Positions 50,401-59,500 of a stretch of 64,000 nt of DNA are shown in pieces. The stretch lies in UHGV virus genome UHGV-1368192; one strand, written 5' to 3'. Both the position numbers and the translations under genes were made by a program. A model generated the notes under the pieces. The model was not told where the DNA came from, made no database searches, and worked only from the letters and a program-made list of their open reading frames with translations. The first letter of the stretch is position 1. The number at the start of each line of letters is the position of its first letter. This DNA is from a virus.

Positions 50401-53400
50401 CTGCCATCGCGTAGAAGGCAGAGTGCAGAGCATCCTGGAACGAAGGATCGTAGATGTCGTTCGTGAAGTGCTTACGTCCGTACTCGTCTACGTGAACCTC
50501 AAGGTAGTCCTCGCTAGATGGATCGTAATAGTCACTATCCATAAGTGCATCAAGTATCTTTCTCCTCAGACGATCGAAGCGCTTGTTGTAGCTCTTGACA
50601 CTCTTCTTGCTGATACCCTCGCTGTCAGGGTTCATCTCGATACCTGACTTGATGAACTCATCGATAGCGTGCTGACCTACGATCTCATTGATGGCTGCCT
50701 TGATCTGATAGCCAGACACCTCTACTCCGGCGATCTCAAAGGTATCCAGGTTATTGAGGTTGGTCGTGATGATCTTCCTCAGCTGTGTACCAAGCCTCTG
50801 CCACGTGTTGAAAGAGTGAAGGGGCGTTGAGGTCTGGATACCATAGTACTTATACGGCATGTCCTTGACCTTCTTTTCGTCAAGTTTGATACGACCATTC
50901 TCATCTCTATCCACTATGTGTCTCTTCCTACCATCGATCTCCACCTCTGTGCTAGACTCTACTAGCTGCGCGGTGATAAAGTCAGAGATATCATCAGTCA
51001 TGATCTTTGAGAACTCAGCCCTGTACTTCTCTACCTCTTCCTCAGACAGCTCCTTCTTCTTTACGTAGTCTGCCATATTCTCATCGAACTCCTCAAGACT
51101 AGCAGCTGTGATGGTCCTCTTCTTGCCGTTGTTGACCTCGAACGTGTACTTGATAGGAGCGATATTATCCAGGCTGAGGTCTACGGTAGCATAGTTACCT
51201 ACCTTAGATGCACTATTATACTCAATAGCGTCGATCTGGTTATCCTCCATGAACTTCACAAGCGCATTGAGGAAAGGAGAAGATACCCCTTCCTCATTAA
51301 GTCCAGTGAGGAGAGCCTCAGAGTGCTTGTACTGCTGAATGACCTTGGTATCCCTATCACCGTCCTTGACATGGATGTCGCCGTAGTACAGGCTCTTGAT
51401 GACATTAAAGCGGTGGTCCTTGATCTTGGCGTAGTCAGGCTCACGACCTTCCTTGATAGCATTAGCCATCTCCTCAAGAGCTTCGATAGCTCCATCAGTA
51501 TAACCCTGCCCTGAACCCTCAAGGATACGCTTGTAGCCTGAAGGTGACAGCCAAGCCTGTCCGTCGGTAGCTGTGATCTCGCTATAGGCCTTGAGTGAAG
51601 CGTCATAGCCAGCCTTGGTGATAAGCCCAAGCTCTTTCTTCTTATCGAGGATAGCCTTGATCTCCTTGGTTAGCCTATCAGCCATACGGTCATTGATGAC
51701 GACAGTACGCCTTACAGCGTTCTTCTCCATGTCAAGCCTCTGGGTATTACTCTGCGCCTGCTTAGCACGCTTGACCTCATTGACCATACTACCAAGTACA
51801 GCCTTATCACCATAGAGCAGATGTCCGATCTGGATCCTCCAGAACACACCATTGAAGGCAAGTGCATATTGCTCCATTGCTTCACCCTTATGGTCAAGGG
51901 CAAACTCATCCCATGACTGTACCTCATTCTGAACCTCCTGATTGAACTGTATCTCTACCTCATTCCTCAGGACCTCCTCTAGTTTAGTGAGGTCCGTGTT
52001 ACGAGCTCTGTTATACGCGTGGATGAATTTCACCCTGTCGAGATCCGAGAGGTTCTTGTCAATCATGGCACTCATGATGTTGTACTCGATACCCTCGACC
52101 TTCGCTGTGAAGTCATTGAGCCCAGGTAGCGATACGAACCTATGAGCCATGCTATCCCTCTTACCGATCTTCATAGCCTTCTCCTTGCCAAAGAGCACGT
52201 GCTGAGCTCTCCTGGCTTCATTGTAGGCAAGCATGGTGAGGTGGTTTATAGCGAACTCTCTGTCGACCTTCCTCTTGTTTTCATCCTCCTTCATAGGATC
52301 GAGTCTCCTCACCTTGACGAACTCAAGGGTGGATGCTTCTGCGGCTACAGGTAGGTGAGCCCAGTAGTAGGCGTTGTCCTTATCCCTCTGAGAGTCGTAG
52401 TAGAGGTTAGCAAGCTCATTGCTATTCCACTTGTTCATCTTGCGACCATTGTGCACAACGACTCTCTTCCTTGAGAATAACCCTGACACAAAGCTCTTCG
52501 CAACGTAAGCGTCATTGAGGAAGGCGTTAGCTGTATGATACTTGCCCTGTATTCCCTCTAACGCAACCTGATTCCTGTAGATCTCATCCTTGTCAAGATA
52601 CTCGCGCCGTATTGTATCTACGATCTTAGGATGCCTGTTGTTGCCCCTAAACTGTAGCTCCTGGAACGCCATATCACGATATGACGGTGCGAGGCTTGAT
52701 GCAAAGAGGAGACCCTCTACGCTTGTTCCAGTAGTGTCATAGCTCAATACTCCTGTGTAGAATACTGCGCTAATCTTTGATAGGCTACTATAGACGTATG
52801 AGAAGTCTGAACCCCTCGTGAAGTCTATTGGCGACTTCAGCGTGAACTTCTTGCCGTCACCCATCTGAGCGGCAAGCTTTCTCAGGTTCTTTGCGTAGTC
52901 AGCTATTGAGAATCTCAGCATGGTGAGGATGTCGTGACGTGATCCCGAAAGATTCCTATCCCCTGTTGGAGGCACAGTGCTTGCTGAATTGTTGTACCCT
53001 CTCGTTGTCTGTGCTGCCTTAGTCCATTCGATAGACAGCATCCTTGGCTCAACAAATATCCCAAACTTCTGCAGCAACTTAGACACGCGCTCCTGTAGCT
53101 GAATGAGTCTTTCGGCTTCAGTCAGCTTCATTTCAAGTCCACTGTCCATGCTGAAGTCCAGACCGACCAGGTCTATCATAGATTGGTCTATCTCTGTGGC
53201 GATCTTGTCTATCTCCTCAACCGACAGTGTTAGACCATCTACACCAAAGGCTTCTGTGAACTTGCTTGCCCACTTACTGATGACATCAAGATTTGATGAC
53301 CTATCCGCCATGAACACAAATCCCTGGCTATCTCTGACAGCGTACTTTATCCTGATCTTGTTTATCGCAGAGAACAGCTGTGATGCCATAGCCCTCATCC

Positions 53401-55339
53401 TCTTGCGCTTCTGGATGGACTCTTCGTTCCTGTAGTCAATGTAAGGGCGCAGCTGCTTTATCCATGGCTCTACGGTCTCCATAACTTCAAGACGCTCAAG
53501 CATGTCCTCGCTGTTCTCAATGCCCTCCATAAGAGAGGCAAGGGTATTGTAGGTCTCACCAAGTGACTTGAACTTAGTGTACCCGAACGAGTCGGTGATA
53601 GGCTTGCCGTCAAGATCCACATCCTCGATGACTGAGAATAGAGCCCTTACCGCTGGGGTGATAGTCGACATTACTGACTTCTCCTCAGCCTCAAGGAACC
53701 TGACATCCTCTCCAGCATCTCCTTCCTCAGAACTCCCTGTCTCCTCAGAGTCTTCTGCCTGGTCTCCTTCCTCATCGAAGAGGTCGTCAAAGAGATTACC
53801 CTCATATAGGTCGTCATCTCCGTCTTCTTCCTCATCAGCATCTTTGAGCTCCTCAGCCTCGCTGATCTTCTCAAGAGCTATGGTAGAGCCAAGTATCGAT
53901 CTTGCGACCTTGTTGGTGGCAAGGTGGAACATCCTCTCATCCTTATCGATATTCGTCTCGATATTCTTTAGGGTGTCCCTCTCACTCATCACGAAGCCAT
54001 AGGATGCCGCTACGGCCTCTATAATAGCATCACGCTGCTTTGATATCTCTGGGTCGTTCTGAAGCCGTACAGCCTTGATGATAGCCTCGTCAAGGGCTGT
54101 CCTGTCGAGGAGCCCATTAGGATCCTCACTAAATACCAAGTACGTCTTGAGTGCCTCAGCAAAGATTTCCTTGTCCTCAAGCCCTACGTTCCTCAGTGCC
54201 CTATCAATGATGACATCCTTAGCCATCTTATCAGCCTTGTCTATGCGATTGCTGATAGCGGCCTTGGTTAGAGCGTATAGAGTCTCCTTAGATTCCTTGC
54301 TCTTGAAGTCATGTAGGAACCCACCATCTTCCTTGAGGAGAGAAGAGACAACGCCCTTGACAACATCTGTAAGGACTCTCTGTTCCCTTCTGTTCTTCCT
54401 GCTCTCTATAGCTCGTGCGGAAGCGTCTGCGTTCTGTCGGTAGCCAAGGACCGATGCGTCATGAAGAACCCTGACACCCTTATCCACCATATTCTTAGCT
54501 TCTGTCGCTATAAGGCTATAGATCGTTGAGTCTACTACACCCATGGCGTTTCGCTCGGCTACAGATAGCATCCTGATCTCTCCGTTACCAGCCAAGCTAT
54601 GAAGCACATCGATGACCGACATCTTAGCCTTCATGGCTTCGTTGACCATATTAGTAGAGACATCGACAAACTCTTCCTTGATCCTTGCTACAGCGTCATC
54701 GCTAAGCCTCGTCTTGCCGTCTCCGTTCTTGATAAGCTCATTGAGCACAGCGCCGGTATCGACGCTCCCATCTGACTTACGGTAGTCCTTGAAGCCCGAC
54801 TGAATGATCTTGGCAACTCGCTCGATGTTCTTCTCAAGGTCACTCCTATCCAGGGCGTATCTCGCGCGCTTCTTGTAAACATTGTCAAGGATACGAACGA
54901 GGATAGCCGAGTTGAGATCGTTGATCTTACCTATAGCGTCCTGCGTCAGGAACTCATAGGCGTTGTTCTCCAATGCGTTCTGGATATAGAGTGGCACGTA
55001 AGACATGACAGCCTTGTACCCATCAGTCTCCTGGATGGGTCGACCATCAGGCTTCATCTTTCCGATCTTATCCAGTACTGCATCAACCTCCTCATTATTC
55101 TTGATAAGCTCCTGGAACTTGCGCTCAAGGATACGGATCGTGCTCTTCTTAGTAAGCTGATCGTTAGTAAACTCGTACCCTTGCGTCATCTCGGTATAAG
55201 CAATAAGCGCCTGGACCTTTTCTACTTTGTCGGCCAGGTGCTTGATTGGACTCATACCTTCTTGCCCTTCATACTCGGACTCGTTGATCAACTTCTTGAT
55301 CTCCTCGTATGTCTCGGGGCTCAGTATTCTACAATGCAT
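47468..55339 (-). CDS. Virion-packaged RNA polymerase-like giant protein of the crAss-like two-DPBB type.
   Basis: 2623 aa. AQAGFDFDVDKLFF carries a DxDxD metal-binding motif, DFDVD, encoded at 50033-50047. Confidence 0.55.
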   Translation of the reverse strand: MHCRILSPETYEEIKKLINESEYEGQEGMSPIKHLADKVEKVQALIAYTEMTQGYEFTNDQLTKKSTIRILERKFQELIKNNEEVDAVLDKIGKMKPDGRPIQETDGYKAVMSYVPLYIQNALENNAYEFLTQDAIGKINDLNSAILVRILDNVYKKRARYALDRSDLEKNIERVAKIIQSGFKDYRKSDGSVDTGAVLNELIKNGDGKTRLSDDAVARIKEEFVDVSTNMVNEAMKAKMSVIDVLHSLAGNGEIRMLSVAERNAMGVVDSTIYSLIATEAKNMVDKGVRVLHDASVLGYRQNADASARAIESRKNRREQRVLTDVVKGVVSSLLKEDGGFLHDFKSKESKETLYALTKAAISNRIDKADKMAKDVIIDRALRNVGLEDKEIFAEALKTYLVFSEDPNGLLDRTALDEAIIKAVRLQNDPEISKQRDAIIEAVAASYGFVMSERDTLKNIETNIDKDERMFHLATNKVARSILGSTIALEKISEAEELKDADEEEDGDDDLYEGNLFDDLFDEEGDQAEDSEETGSSEEGDAGEDVRFLEAEEKSVMSTITPAVRALFSVIEDVDLDGKPITDSFGYTKFKSLGETYNTLASLMEGIENSEDMLERLEVMETVEPWIKQLRPYIDYRNEESIQKRKRMRAMASQLFSAINKIRIKYAVRDSQGFVFMADRSSNLDVISKWASKFTEAFGVDGLTLSVEEIDKIATEIDQSMIDLVGLDFSMDSGLEMKLTEAERLIQLQERVSKLLQKFGIFVEPRMLSIEWTKAAQTTRGYNNSASTVPPTGDRNLSGSRHDILTMLRFSIADYAKNLRKLAAQMGDGKKFTLKSPIDFTRGSDFSYVYSSLSKISAVFYTGVLSYDTTGTSVEGLLFASSLAPSYRDMAFQELQFRGNNRHPKIVDTIRREYLDKDEIYRNQVALEGIQGKYHTANAFLNDAYVAKSFVSGLFSRKRVVVHNGRKMNKWNSNELANLYYDSQRDKDNAYYWAHLPVAAEASTLEFVKVRRLDPMKEDENKRKVDREFAINHLTMLAYNEARRAQHVLFGKEKAMKIGKRDSMAHRFVSLPGLNDFTAKVEGIEYNIMSAMIDKNLSDLDRVKFIHAYNRARNTDLTKLEEVLRNEVEIQFNQEVQNEVQSWDEFALDHKGEAMEQYALAFNGVFWRIQIGHLLYGDKAVLGSMVNEVKRAKQAQSNTQRLDMEKNAVRRTVVINDRMADRLTKEIKAILDKKKELGLITKAGYDASLKAYSEITATDGQAWLSPSGYKRILEGSGQGYTDGAIEALEEMANAIKEGREPDYAKIKDHRFNVIKSLYYGDIHVKDGDRDTKVIQQYKHSEALLTGLNEEGVSSPFLNALVKFMEDNQIDAIEYNSASKVGNYATVDLSLDNIAPIKYTFEVNNGKKRTITAASLEEFDENMADYVKKKELSEEEVEKYRAEFSKIMTDDISDFITAQLVESSTEVEIDGRKRHIVDRDENGRIKLDEKKVKDMPYKYYGIQTSTPLHSFNTWQRLGTQLRKIITTNLNNLDTFEIAGVEVSGYQIKAAINEIVGQHAIDEFIKSGIEMNPDSEGISKKSVKSYNKRFDRLRRKILDALMDSDYYDPSSEDYLEVHVDEYGRKHFTNDIYDPSFQDALHSAFYAMAAKKIYKMMVPGGSLIQMSSAEASNDLKVQYKEDGSIDYVPVRVTPHSSEILEYANEKGEIDVKKIEKDGREDLLELVAYRIPTESKYSAFPLRIVGFLPRVAGGVIQVPHECIAQAGFDFDVDKLFFMKKDVGPGKKKIAEIKKDYDEKVRQAQIRGDKKMPKRPAVLDINYSAAEVFKNGGVNTRDLNQRQRTNVLFDIIRGVLRSPQAALEMAQPGGYDGVKKDLKIGYIISKISKERLEEILEQVLDDKADKKIGDKVIFEYLHNLDLDKINEIVDIFRSGKNIALSEVEMEMQRQNKAGLGLVGVFANENTATSVFQQAQLLELEKPIKIAGATYQSLNGMIGDDKTYVSRILEEYSAASVDNAKDPVIGLADITMDNASIIATMVRMGVPGSIIGLITATPLWKHIANLEGDEGRSQALFKALAQGGEVKSNRSVDVSMEDLIECSKFETQDLIKEALNATDDKVVEAFNKLDLRTKESVKRVADLLIDVVNAASEIKDLVFQSKSDVSSSGPKGGVNESVFAMVKSIDQIERAQNHRYIRHEGIIVPLRTLPGLSPNATTKTFIEQNKDGHFYRMYLGLGLFGTMYAESVYNPKVSPMFALSIVETARRLGVKPTMDFTKKFLSAYDQYVSSAITTYSEDEEKKNVLAQEIITKFPDIFNRTAPESLKKIVGLGKENIVPVLIDKQWKKRTFQSLVFKSLGTPSEEKAMAKATAAFEDIIEQAHNTRLTGVERAKALRDYELLKGLALYATYMSGNPNMKAMLQAIPQSVKALMMGRNAMLERIKFDALELRAGQELDTEFTHQFMQNYVRENIRKIGRVVPQQDAVALLETTGGIAPDYIMVTSEKRDPVYVIADKDQPNRGIIYVQGIDSRAYAGDTVYTRIDPRGIVTEDGTLYNDYRMDGDYLLPSLQRAQPEKLNLVRLAENGLIEQSGPLKAKAHSEAVSYSPLFGVIAEVEKTQTEENNNACRQ

Positions 55340-55356
55340 AGTCTATATTATATGTG

Positions 55357-55393
55357 ATTCTATCCCAAAAAGAAGGGGTACGCACCCGAAAGT
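55357..55393 (-). terminator. Intrinsic terminator with a UUCG tetraloop.
   Basis: On the minus-strand RNA: ggggugcguacu-UUCG-gggugcguacccc followed by UUCUUUUU. Confidence 0.5.
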
Positions 55394-55406
55394 ACGCACC
55401 CCTAAG

Positions 55407-56222
55407 TTACTGCTTATCCAGGAGATCCCTTGCCTTGGTCATCACATCCTTGGCATCTGCGTGTGGCTTCCCGGTCTCTCCATCAACACGCTTTCGGAAG
55501 ATCTCGTCCCACTCTCGCCTGGTGTAAGTGTAGACAACCTTTGTTGCCGTGCCTAAGGGGAGGTGCTTCCTTGCGTAATCCGTTGGGACTCCCTTCCTGA
55601 GGAGAGAGAAGTAGTACTCCTCATCTATCTTGAACTTCCTCAGGCTATCCTCCCATCTCTCAGTATCCTCATCGGCAAACACTGTCTTGAGGATAGGCAG
55701 GTCAGGTCTCTTCTTAGTGCCGTAGGCTATGAACCTCGTACTGCTCTCTGCTATGGCGTTAGGGGATACCCTATTCAGCTCTCGCGAGATATCGATAGAT
55801 GTAACGCACTCTATGGTGTACCTGCGGATGGACTCCGGTACTTTCTCTGCAGGGATCCTCCATTCCTCACGTAGGTACTCCTTGTCGTTCTCCTCATAAG
55901 CCTGACCGTTGCTGGCCACATAGGCTATAACGCCAGGATCGCCAAAGACGTATCCAGGTTGCTCGCTCATATTGACATGCTCAAATACCACATGGGTAAA
56001 CTTGCTAAGGCGTGACGCTATATGGGCATGCTCTGGTGGTATCATGTAGTACCTCGTGGTATGCCTGAACATAGACCTATGCCCAGAGCGCCACAAATGC
56101 TCGCAGAGACGCTTATTATCCTTCGGTGAGGAATCGTAGCACACGCTCGCACATCGTGAGATATGGGCCTCTAAATCGCTCCCACACTCGTAAAGAGCGA
56201 CTGATGGTTCTAAAATGATCAT
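55407..56222 (-). CDS. thyX: Flavin-dependent thymidylate synthase (ThyX)-like.
   Basis: GVPTDYARKHLPLG corresponds to the ThyX GVPREVARxxLPL motif. GHRSMFRHTTRYY is a shortened version of the RHRxxS..S.RY signature. Confidence 0.5.
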   Translation of the reverse strand: MIILEPSVALYECGSDLEAHISRCASVCYDSSPKDNKRLCEHLWRSGHRSMFRHTTRYYMIPPEHAHIASRLSKFTHVVFEHVNMSEQPGYVFGDPGVIAYVASNGQAYEENDKEYLREEWRIPAEKVPESIRRYTIECVTSIDISRELNRVSPNAIAESSTRFIAYGTKKRPDLPILKTVFADEDTERWEDSLRKFKIDEEYYFSLLRKGVPTDYARKHLPLGTATKVVYTYTRREWDEIFRKRVDGETGKPHADAKDVMTKARDLLDKQ

Positions 56223-57004
56223 GATTCTACTATATGGGGTTTAACTGATGATGCCGGTTGAGGAAGAGATGAAGGCATAAGGTCGTAACGTTTCCTATCT
56301 AAACGGTAAGGGTGTATAGAAGCGCTAAGGGTCGGGGAACCTTTCAATGCTTGCTCTGTGGTGGCTACATACGTATAGCCGTTCTCGTTAGTATTGATAA
56401 CCTGCACGTCAATACTCTGCGGTACAAGCTCCTGAGGAATAAGGGCAACAACAATAGCATCCTTTGGCTCCTCCTCAAGCACAGGTACAATGCCTACTTC
56501 CTCCTCAAGAGAGATAGTATTAGCTTCCTCAATGGGATCCACCACGTCACGCATGTAAGCCTGATAAAGCCGTACTCGGTTAACTCTGGACATAAAAATA
56601 GGATTAACCCAGTAACGGCGTATCTGCCGGCGAGCAATTACAGACTTCTCGATCAGCTCACGCAAGCCACGATACACAGAGTTGAGAGCAATACCCTCTT
56701 CCTCAGAAATAACCTTTGCGTCGAGCACTACACAGTTTTCCTCATCAAGACCCTGTGAGAGCCTCGCAAAGATGATCAGCGCTGATGGGGATAGTCTAGA
56801 CATTACCTGGAATCCCTTAGGGTAGACACGCACGTGCTGTGATGTGTCTACCATCTCTTTCTGTCGGAGAGCTATATCCACATCAGTTATCTCCCCTTCG
56901 CCTGTGACGACGTGGAGATCCTTCTGTGTGGTGTACCTATACCTGTTCTGAAAGTCTGCCTCAAGGGCTAAGTCCATGGCGAATGGACATCTTGGAGTTG
57001 CCAT
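56219..57004 (-). CDS. Winged-helix DNA-binding protein; possibly a RepL-like initiator or an autoregulator.
   Basis: Contains LNSVYRGLRELIEKSVIARRQIRRY. Palindromic operators lie upstream. Confidence 0.4.
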   Translation of the reverse strand: MATPRCPFAMDLALEADFQNRYRYTTQKDLHVVTGEGEITDVDIALRQKEMVDTSQHVRVYPKGFQVMSRLSPSALIIFARLSQGLDEENCVVLDAKVISEEEGIALNSVYRGLRELIEKSVIARRQIRRYWVNPIFMSRVNRVRLYQAYMRDVVDPIEEANTISLEEEVGIVPVLEEEPKDAIVVALIPQELVPQSIDVQVINTNENGYTYVATTEQALKGSPTLSASIHPYRLDRKRYDLMPSSLPQPASSVKPHIVES

Positions 57005-57032
57005 ATCTATCTGTTGTTATCGTTCTGTACTG

Positions 57033-57040
57033 CAAAGGTA
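57033..57040 (-). promoter_or_regulatory. -7 box TACCTTTG, 28 nt upstream of the ATG at 57004.
   Basis: The reverse complement of caaaggta matches TAnnTTTG. Confidence 0.45.
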
Positions 57041-57058
57041 ATGAAACTATTTGGATTT

Positions 57059-57106
57059 TATACAATGCTGTATACTAAATTCAGATTCTTTATACAGCGC
57101 TGTATA
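57059..57106. promoter_or_regulatory. Two 16-bp palindromic operators of form TATACA-N4-TGTATA: 57059-57074 (tatacaatgctgtata) and 57091-57106 (tatacagcgctgtata, a perfect palindrome).
   Basis: Direct reading. The centres are 32 bp apart, about three helical turns, and the sites sit at the -33 position of the promoter. Confidence 0.55.
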
Positions 57107-57148
57107 ATAAAAAAAGGGGAAAGCACTGATAATCAGCACCTTCCCCCT
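57107..57148 (-). terminator. Intrinsic terminator: a 13-bp stem followed by U7 on the minus strand.
   Basis: On the minus-strand RNA: ggggaaggugcug/cagugcuuucccc followed by uuuuuuu. Confidence 0.5.
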
Positions 57149-57187
57149 TTCGTCTATATATATTTATAGTTAGTATAGTAGCGAGCG

Positions 57188-57775
57188 TTATAGCGGATCG
57201 ATTATGTCCAGGTATTCCTGCGTGTGGAATACGTAGTAGACATTCTTCCATCCCTGTACGCTCTTGCCTTTCATAACCCAGAGTAGACTCATGAAGGCTG
57301 CGTCCTGCAGTAGTCGCTCTGGACTCATCTTACCTGACAGCTTCATGGGTAGCTGGTAGTGGCTATCGATGAACTCAATCTCCTCTACCGCATATTCTTC
57401 CATAGATTCAAATCTACCAAAGTACTCGGTCTCAAAAGCGTCTGGCGAGGCTAGCGCTTCGTATTCGAATACTTCGTCCTGTCTCTGTAGCCACATCTCG
57501 TATGGCTCTCTTAGCGAAGCCTTCAGCTTTCTGTTTGCTTCAAAGAACTCGCAGTCGATACCTCCTTTATTAAGTAGTACCTCTGGAACTCCATATAAAG
57601 CTATGATTTGCTGATTGACCTCTCTTAGGTTTTTCCATACGTATCTATCGAAGTCGTCTTTGTCCGTCATGTTTGACAGATCTACCTTGATTGCATCCTT
57701 AGGTGAGACCATGCCGTCTATCACTGGTGCTACAGCTACCCATGCCCCATCAAAGATTCTCTTTTCTTGTTCCAT
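57188..57775 (-). CDS. Small acidic protein; anti-defence candidate.
   Basis: 195-aa ORF, D/E-rich. Confidence 0.5.
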   Translation of the reverse strand: MEQEKRIFDGAWVAVAPVIDGMVSPKDAIKVDLSNMTDKDDFDRYVWKNLREVNQQIIALYGVPEVLLNKGGIDCEFFEANRKLKASLREPYEMWLQRQDEVFEYEALASPDAFETEYFGRFESMEEYAVEEIEFIDSHYQLPMKLSGKMSPERLLQDAAFMSLLWVMKGKSVQGWKNVYYVFHTQEYLDIIDPL

Positions 57776-57787
57776 GTCTTTTGCTTA

Positions 57788-58372
57788 TTACCAGTTAGGT
57801 ATCTTGAAGAAGTAGTTGTACTCTCCTCCATGTACGAAGCAATTCATAAACTCTTCTGAAGAGAGCATCTCCTCCTTGGTCATCCCGGTTACATCCACGT
57901 CAAGCTCGTACCTGATGGGATCTGACTTTACTGAGTCTGCGAAGTCCTCTACGTCATCGTATGATCCCAGGTGGTTGTCCCAGAAAGAATCGATATCCAG
58001 TCTCACCTTCTCCTCGTTTCCCTTGAAGTGCTCGAGCTGAGCCTCTACCCAGAACTCGTATGCCTTGGTGTCACACTTATTCAGGTTCTGGTTGATCTCG
58101 AAGAACTCTGGCCGTAGCTCGAAGTTCTTCATGAAGAATGCTGGCATATCGCTAGTACCGATAATCTTTGGTGGCATCCTCTCGTATCCGTAGTTCAACT
58201 CCCTGCAGTAGGCGTTAAACATGTGGGCGCTTGAGAATGGGTATAGTAGTACCCAGTCACCGCACGTATGCTTTGTCTCAGTGTCGTTGAGGTCCATCTT
58301 CTGGAACTCTTCATATGGCACTACATACACCTTGGCGGTGGGGTAGGCCACAAATAATGGGCTCTTATTCAT
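57788..58372 (-). CDS. Small acidic protein; anti-defence candidate.
   Basis: 194-aa ORF, D/E-rich. Confidence 0.5.
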   Translation of the reverse strand: MNKSPLFVAYPTAKVYVVPYEEFQKMDLNDTETKHTCGDWVLLYPFSSAHMFNAYCRELNYGYERMPPKIIGTSDMPAFFMKNFELRPEFFEINQNLNKCDTKAYEFWVEAQLEHFKGNEEKVRLDIDSFWDNHLGSYDDVEDFADSVKSDPIRYELDVDVTGMTKEEMLSSEEFMNCFVHGGEYNYFFKIPNW

Positions 58373-58391
58373 AGTTGTCTTGTTGTTTAGC

Positions 58392-58778
58392 TTATTCCTC
58401 TGGCATCAGTACTTCTGCATCCCAGTATAGTTGATCGTTGTTGAGTAGCTCGTATAGGCTCTCACCTGTACTCTCAAGTACCCAGCATCCTCTAGAGAAT
58501 ACTACGACATCATCGATCTCTCTTGACATCGCTGTGCCGTCTCTATCCATCCACTGATAGCCACCTACGATTCTGCATCCTTCAAAGACTAGCTTACCGT
58601 TTAAGTCTATTCCTGTGTATTGATAGACATAGGCTACGCGCGCTACGTCTGTTTCCTCACTCATGTATGGACCTAGGATCAGCCAATCTATGCCGTTATC
58701 ATCATGGCAAGCTGATCCAGTGACCCACTCATTCCTGGCGTTGTACCCGCCAAATAGTATATCTCTTTCTTCTTTCAT
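58392..58778 (-). CDS. Hypothetical small protein.
   Basis: 128-aa ORF. Confidence 0.45.
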   Translation of the reverse strand: MKEERDILFGGYNARNEWVTGSACHDDNGIDWLILGPYMSEETDVARVAYVYQYTGIDLNGKLVFEGCRIVGGYQWMDRDGTAMSREIDDVVVFSRGCWVLESTGESLYELLNNDQLYWDAEVLMPEE

Positions 58779-58841
58779 CTTGGTTATAGTGGTTGAGGAA
58801 GAGAGAAAGATGTTTCCACCTACTCTCCCTTCCTCAGGTGA

Positions 58842-59489
58842 TTATTCTCCGGTAAGACTCTCAGCTACCTGATACAGCCTGTATCGCTTAGCAAAGTCCT
58901 TAACCATATTTAGGTCGTTGTCAGTGTAGATAACCTCCTTGACGGTATCTTCTGAGTCTAGACAGCTCTTTATCTCTAGGTAATACCTTCCGGTAGCACC
59001 TTGTGAAATGAGGAAGTACAGCTCACCATCCTTGCTCAGGCTGAGAATCTTTGCGTACATGCATGACTTCAAGCCTGACGTAGTCGGTAGCTCTACATCC
59101 TTCCAGTTCAGTGGTGGCATCATACTCTCTAGGACTTCCGACTGAGTGACTCTTCGATATATCAAGCTGTTAATGTTATTAGCTCGATCATTCTCCGCTA
59201 GCTCCATTAACTCACCAATATCACCTCTCGTTTCTGCGAATGGTTCAAGTTCATACTCTTCCCCATTGTCCTTCACGATTACGATATTGAGCTTTGATGG
59301 TGTACTCATGTCTCCTCTTACTATTTGATAGTATGAAGTCTCATTCTTGGAGAGCCGGATGTTGAGTGCCCTAATAAACCTGATCATCTCGATCTTCCCG
59401 GTTGCCTCAGGATTGATGGGGTTCGCTATCTTATCGACTATCTTCCAGTCTAGTGGTTGTTTTGTCTTGTATAATCCTATCTTGTTCAT
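58842..59489 (-). CDS. Hypothetical protein.
   Basis: 215-aa ORF. Confidence 0.5.
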   Translation of the reverse strand: MNKIGLYKTKQPLDWKIVDKIANPINPEATGKIEMIRFIRALNIRLSKNETSYYQIVRGDMSTPSKLNIVIVKDNGEEYELEPFAETRGDIGELMELAENDRANNINSLIYRRVTQSEVLESMMPPLNWKDVELPTTSGLKSCMYAKILSLSKDGELYFLISQGATGRYYLEIKSCLDSEDTVKEVIYTDNDLNMVKDFAKRYRLYQVAESLTGE

Positions 59490-59500
59490 ATCCTTGTTGT

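Noticed and set aside
53568-54002. S-rich + strand ORFs inside the RNAP gene (e.g. 53568-54002, 54075-54443).
   Set aside because: They are low-complexity antisense frames within a 7.9-kb uninterrupted minus-strand ORF.
47468-55339. An N4-type, T7-like single-subunit virion RNAP.
   Set aside because: No T7-like palm motifs were seen. A DxDxD motif (DFDVD) is present instead, which is characteristic of the crAss-type two-barrel polymerases.
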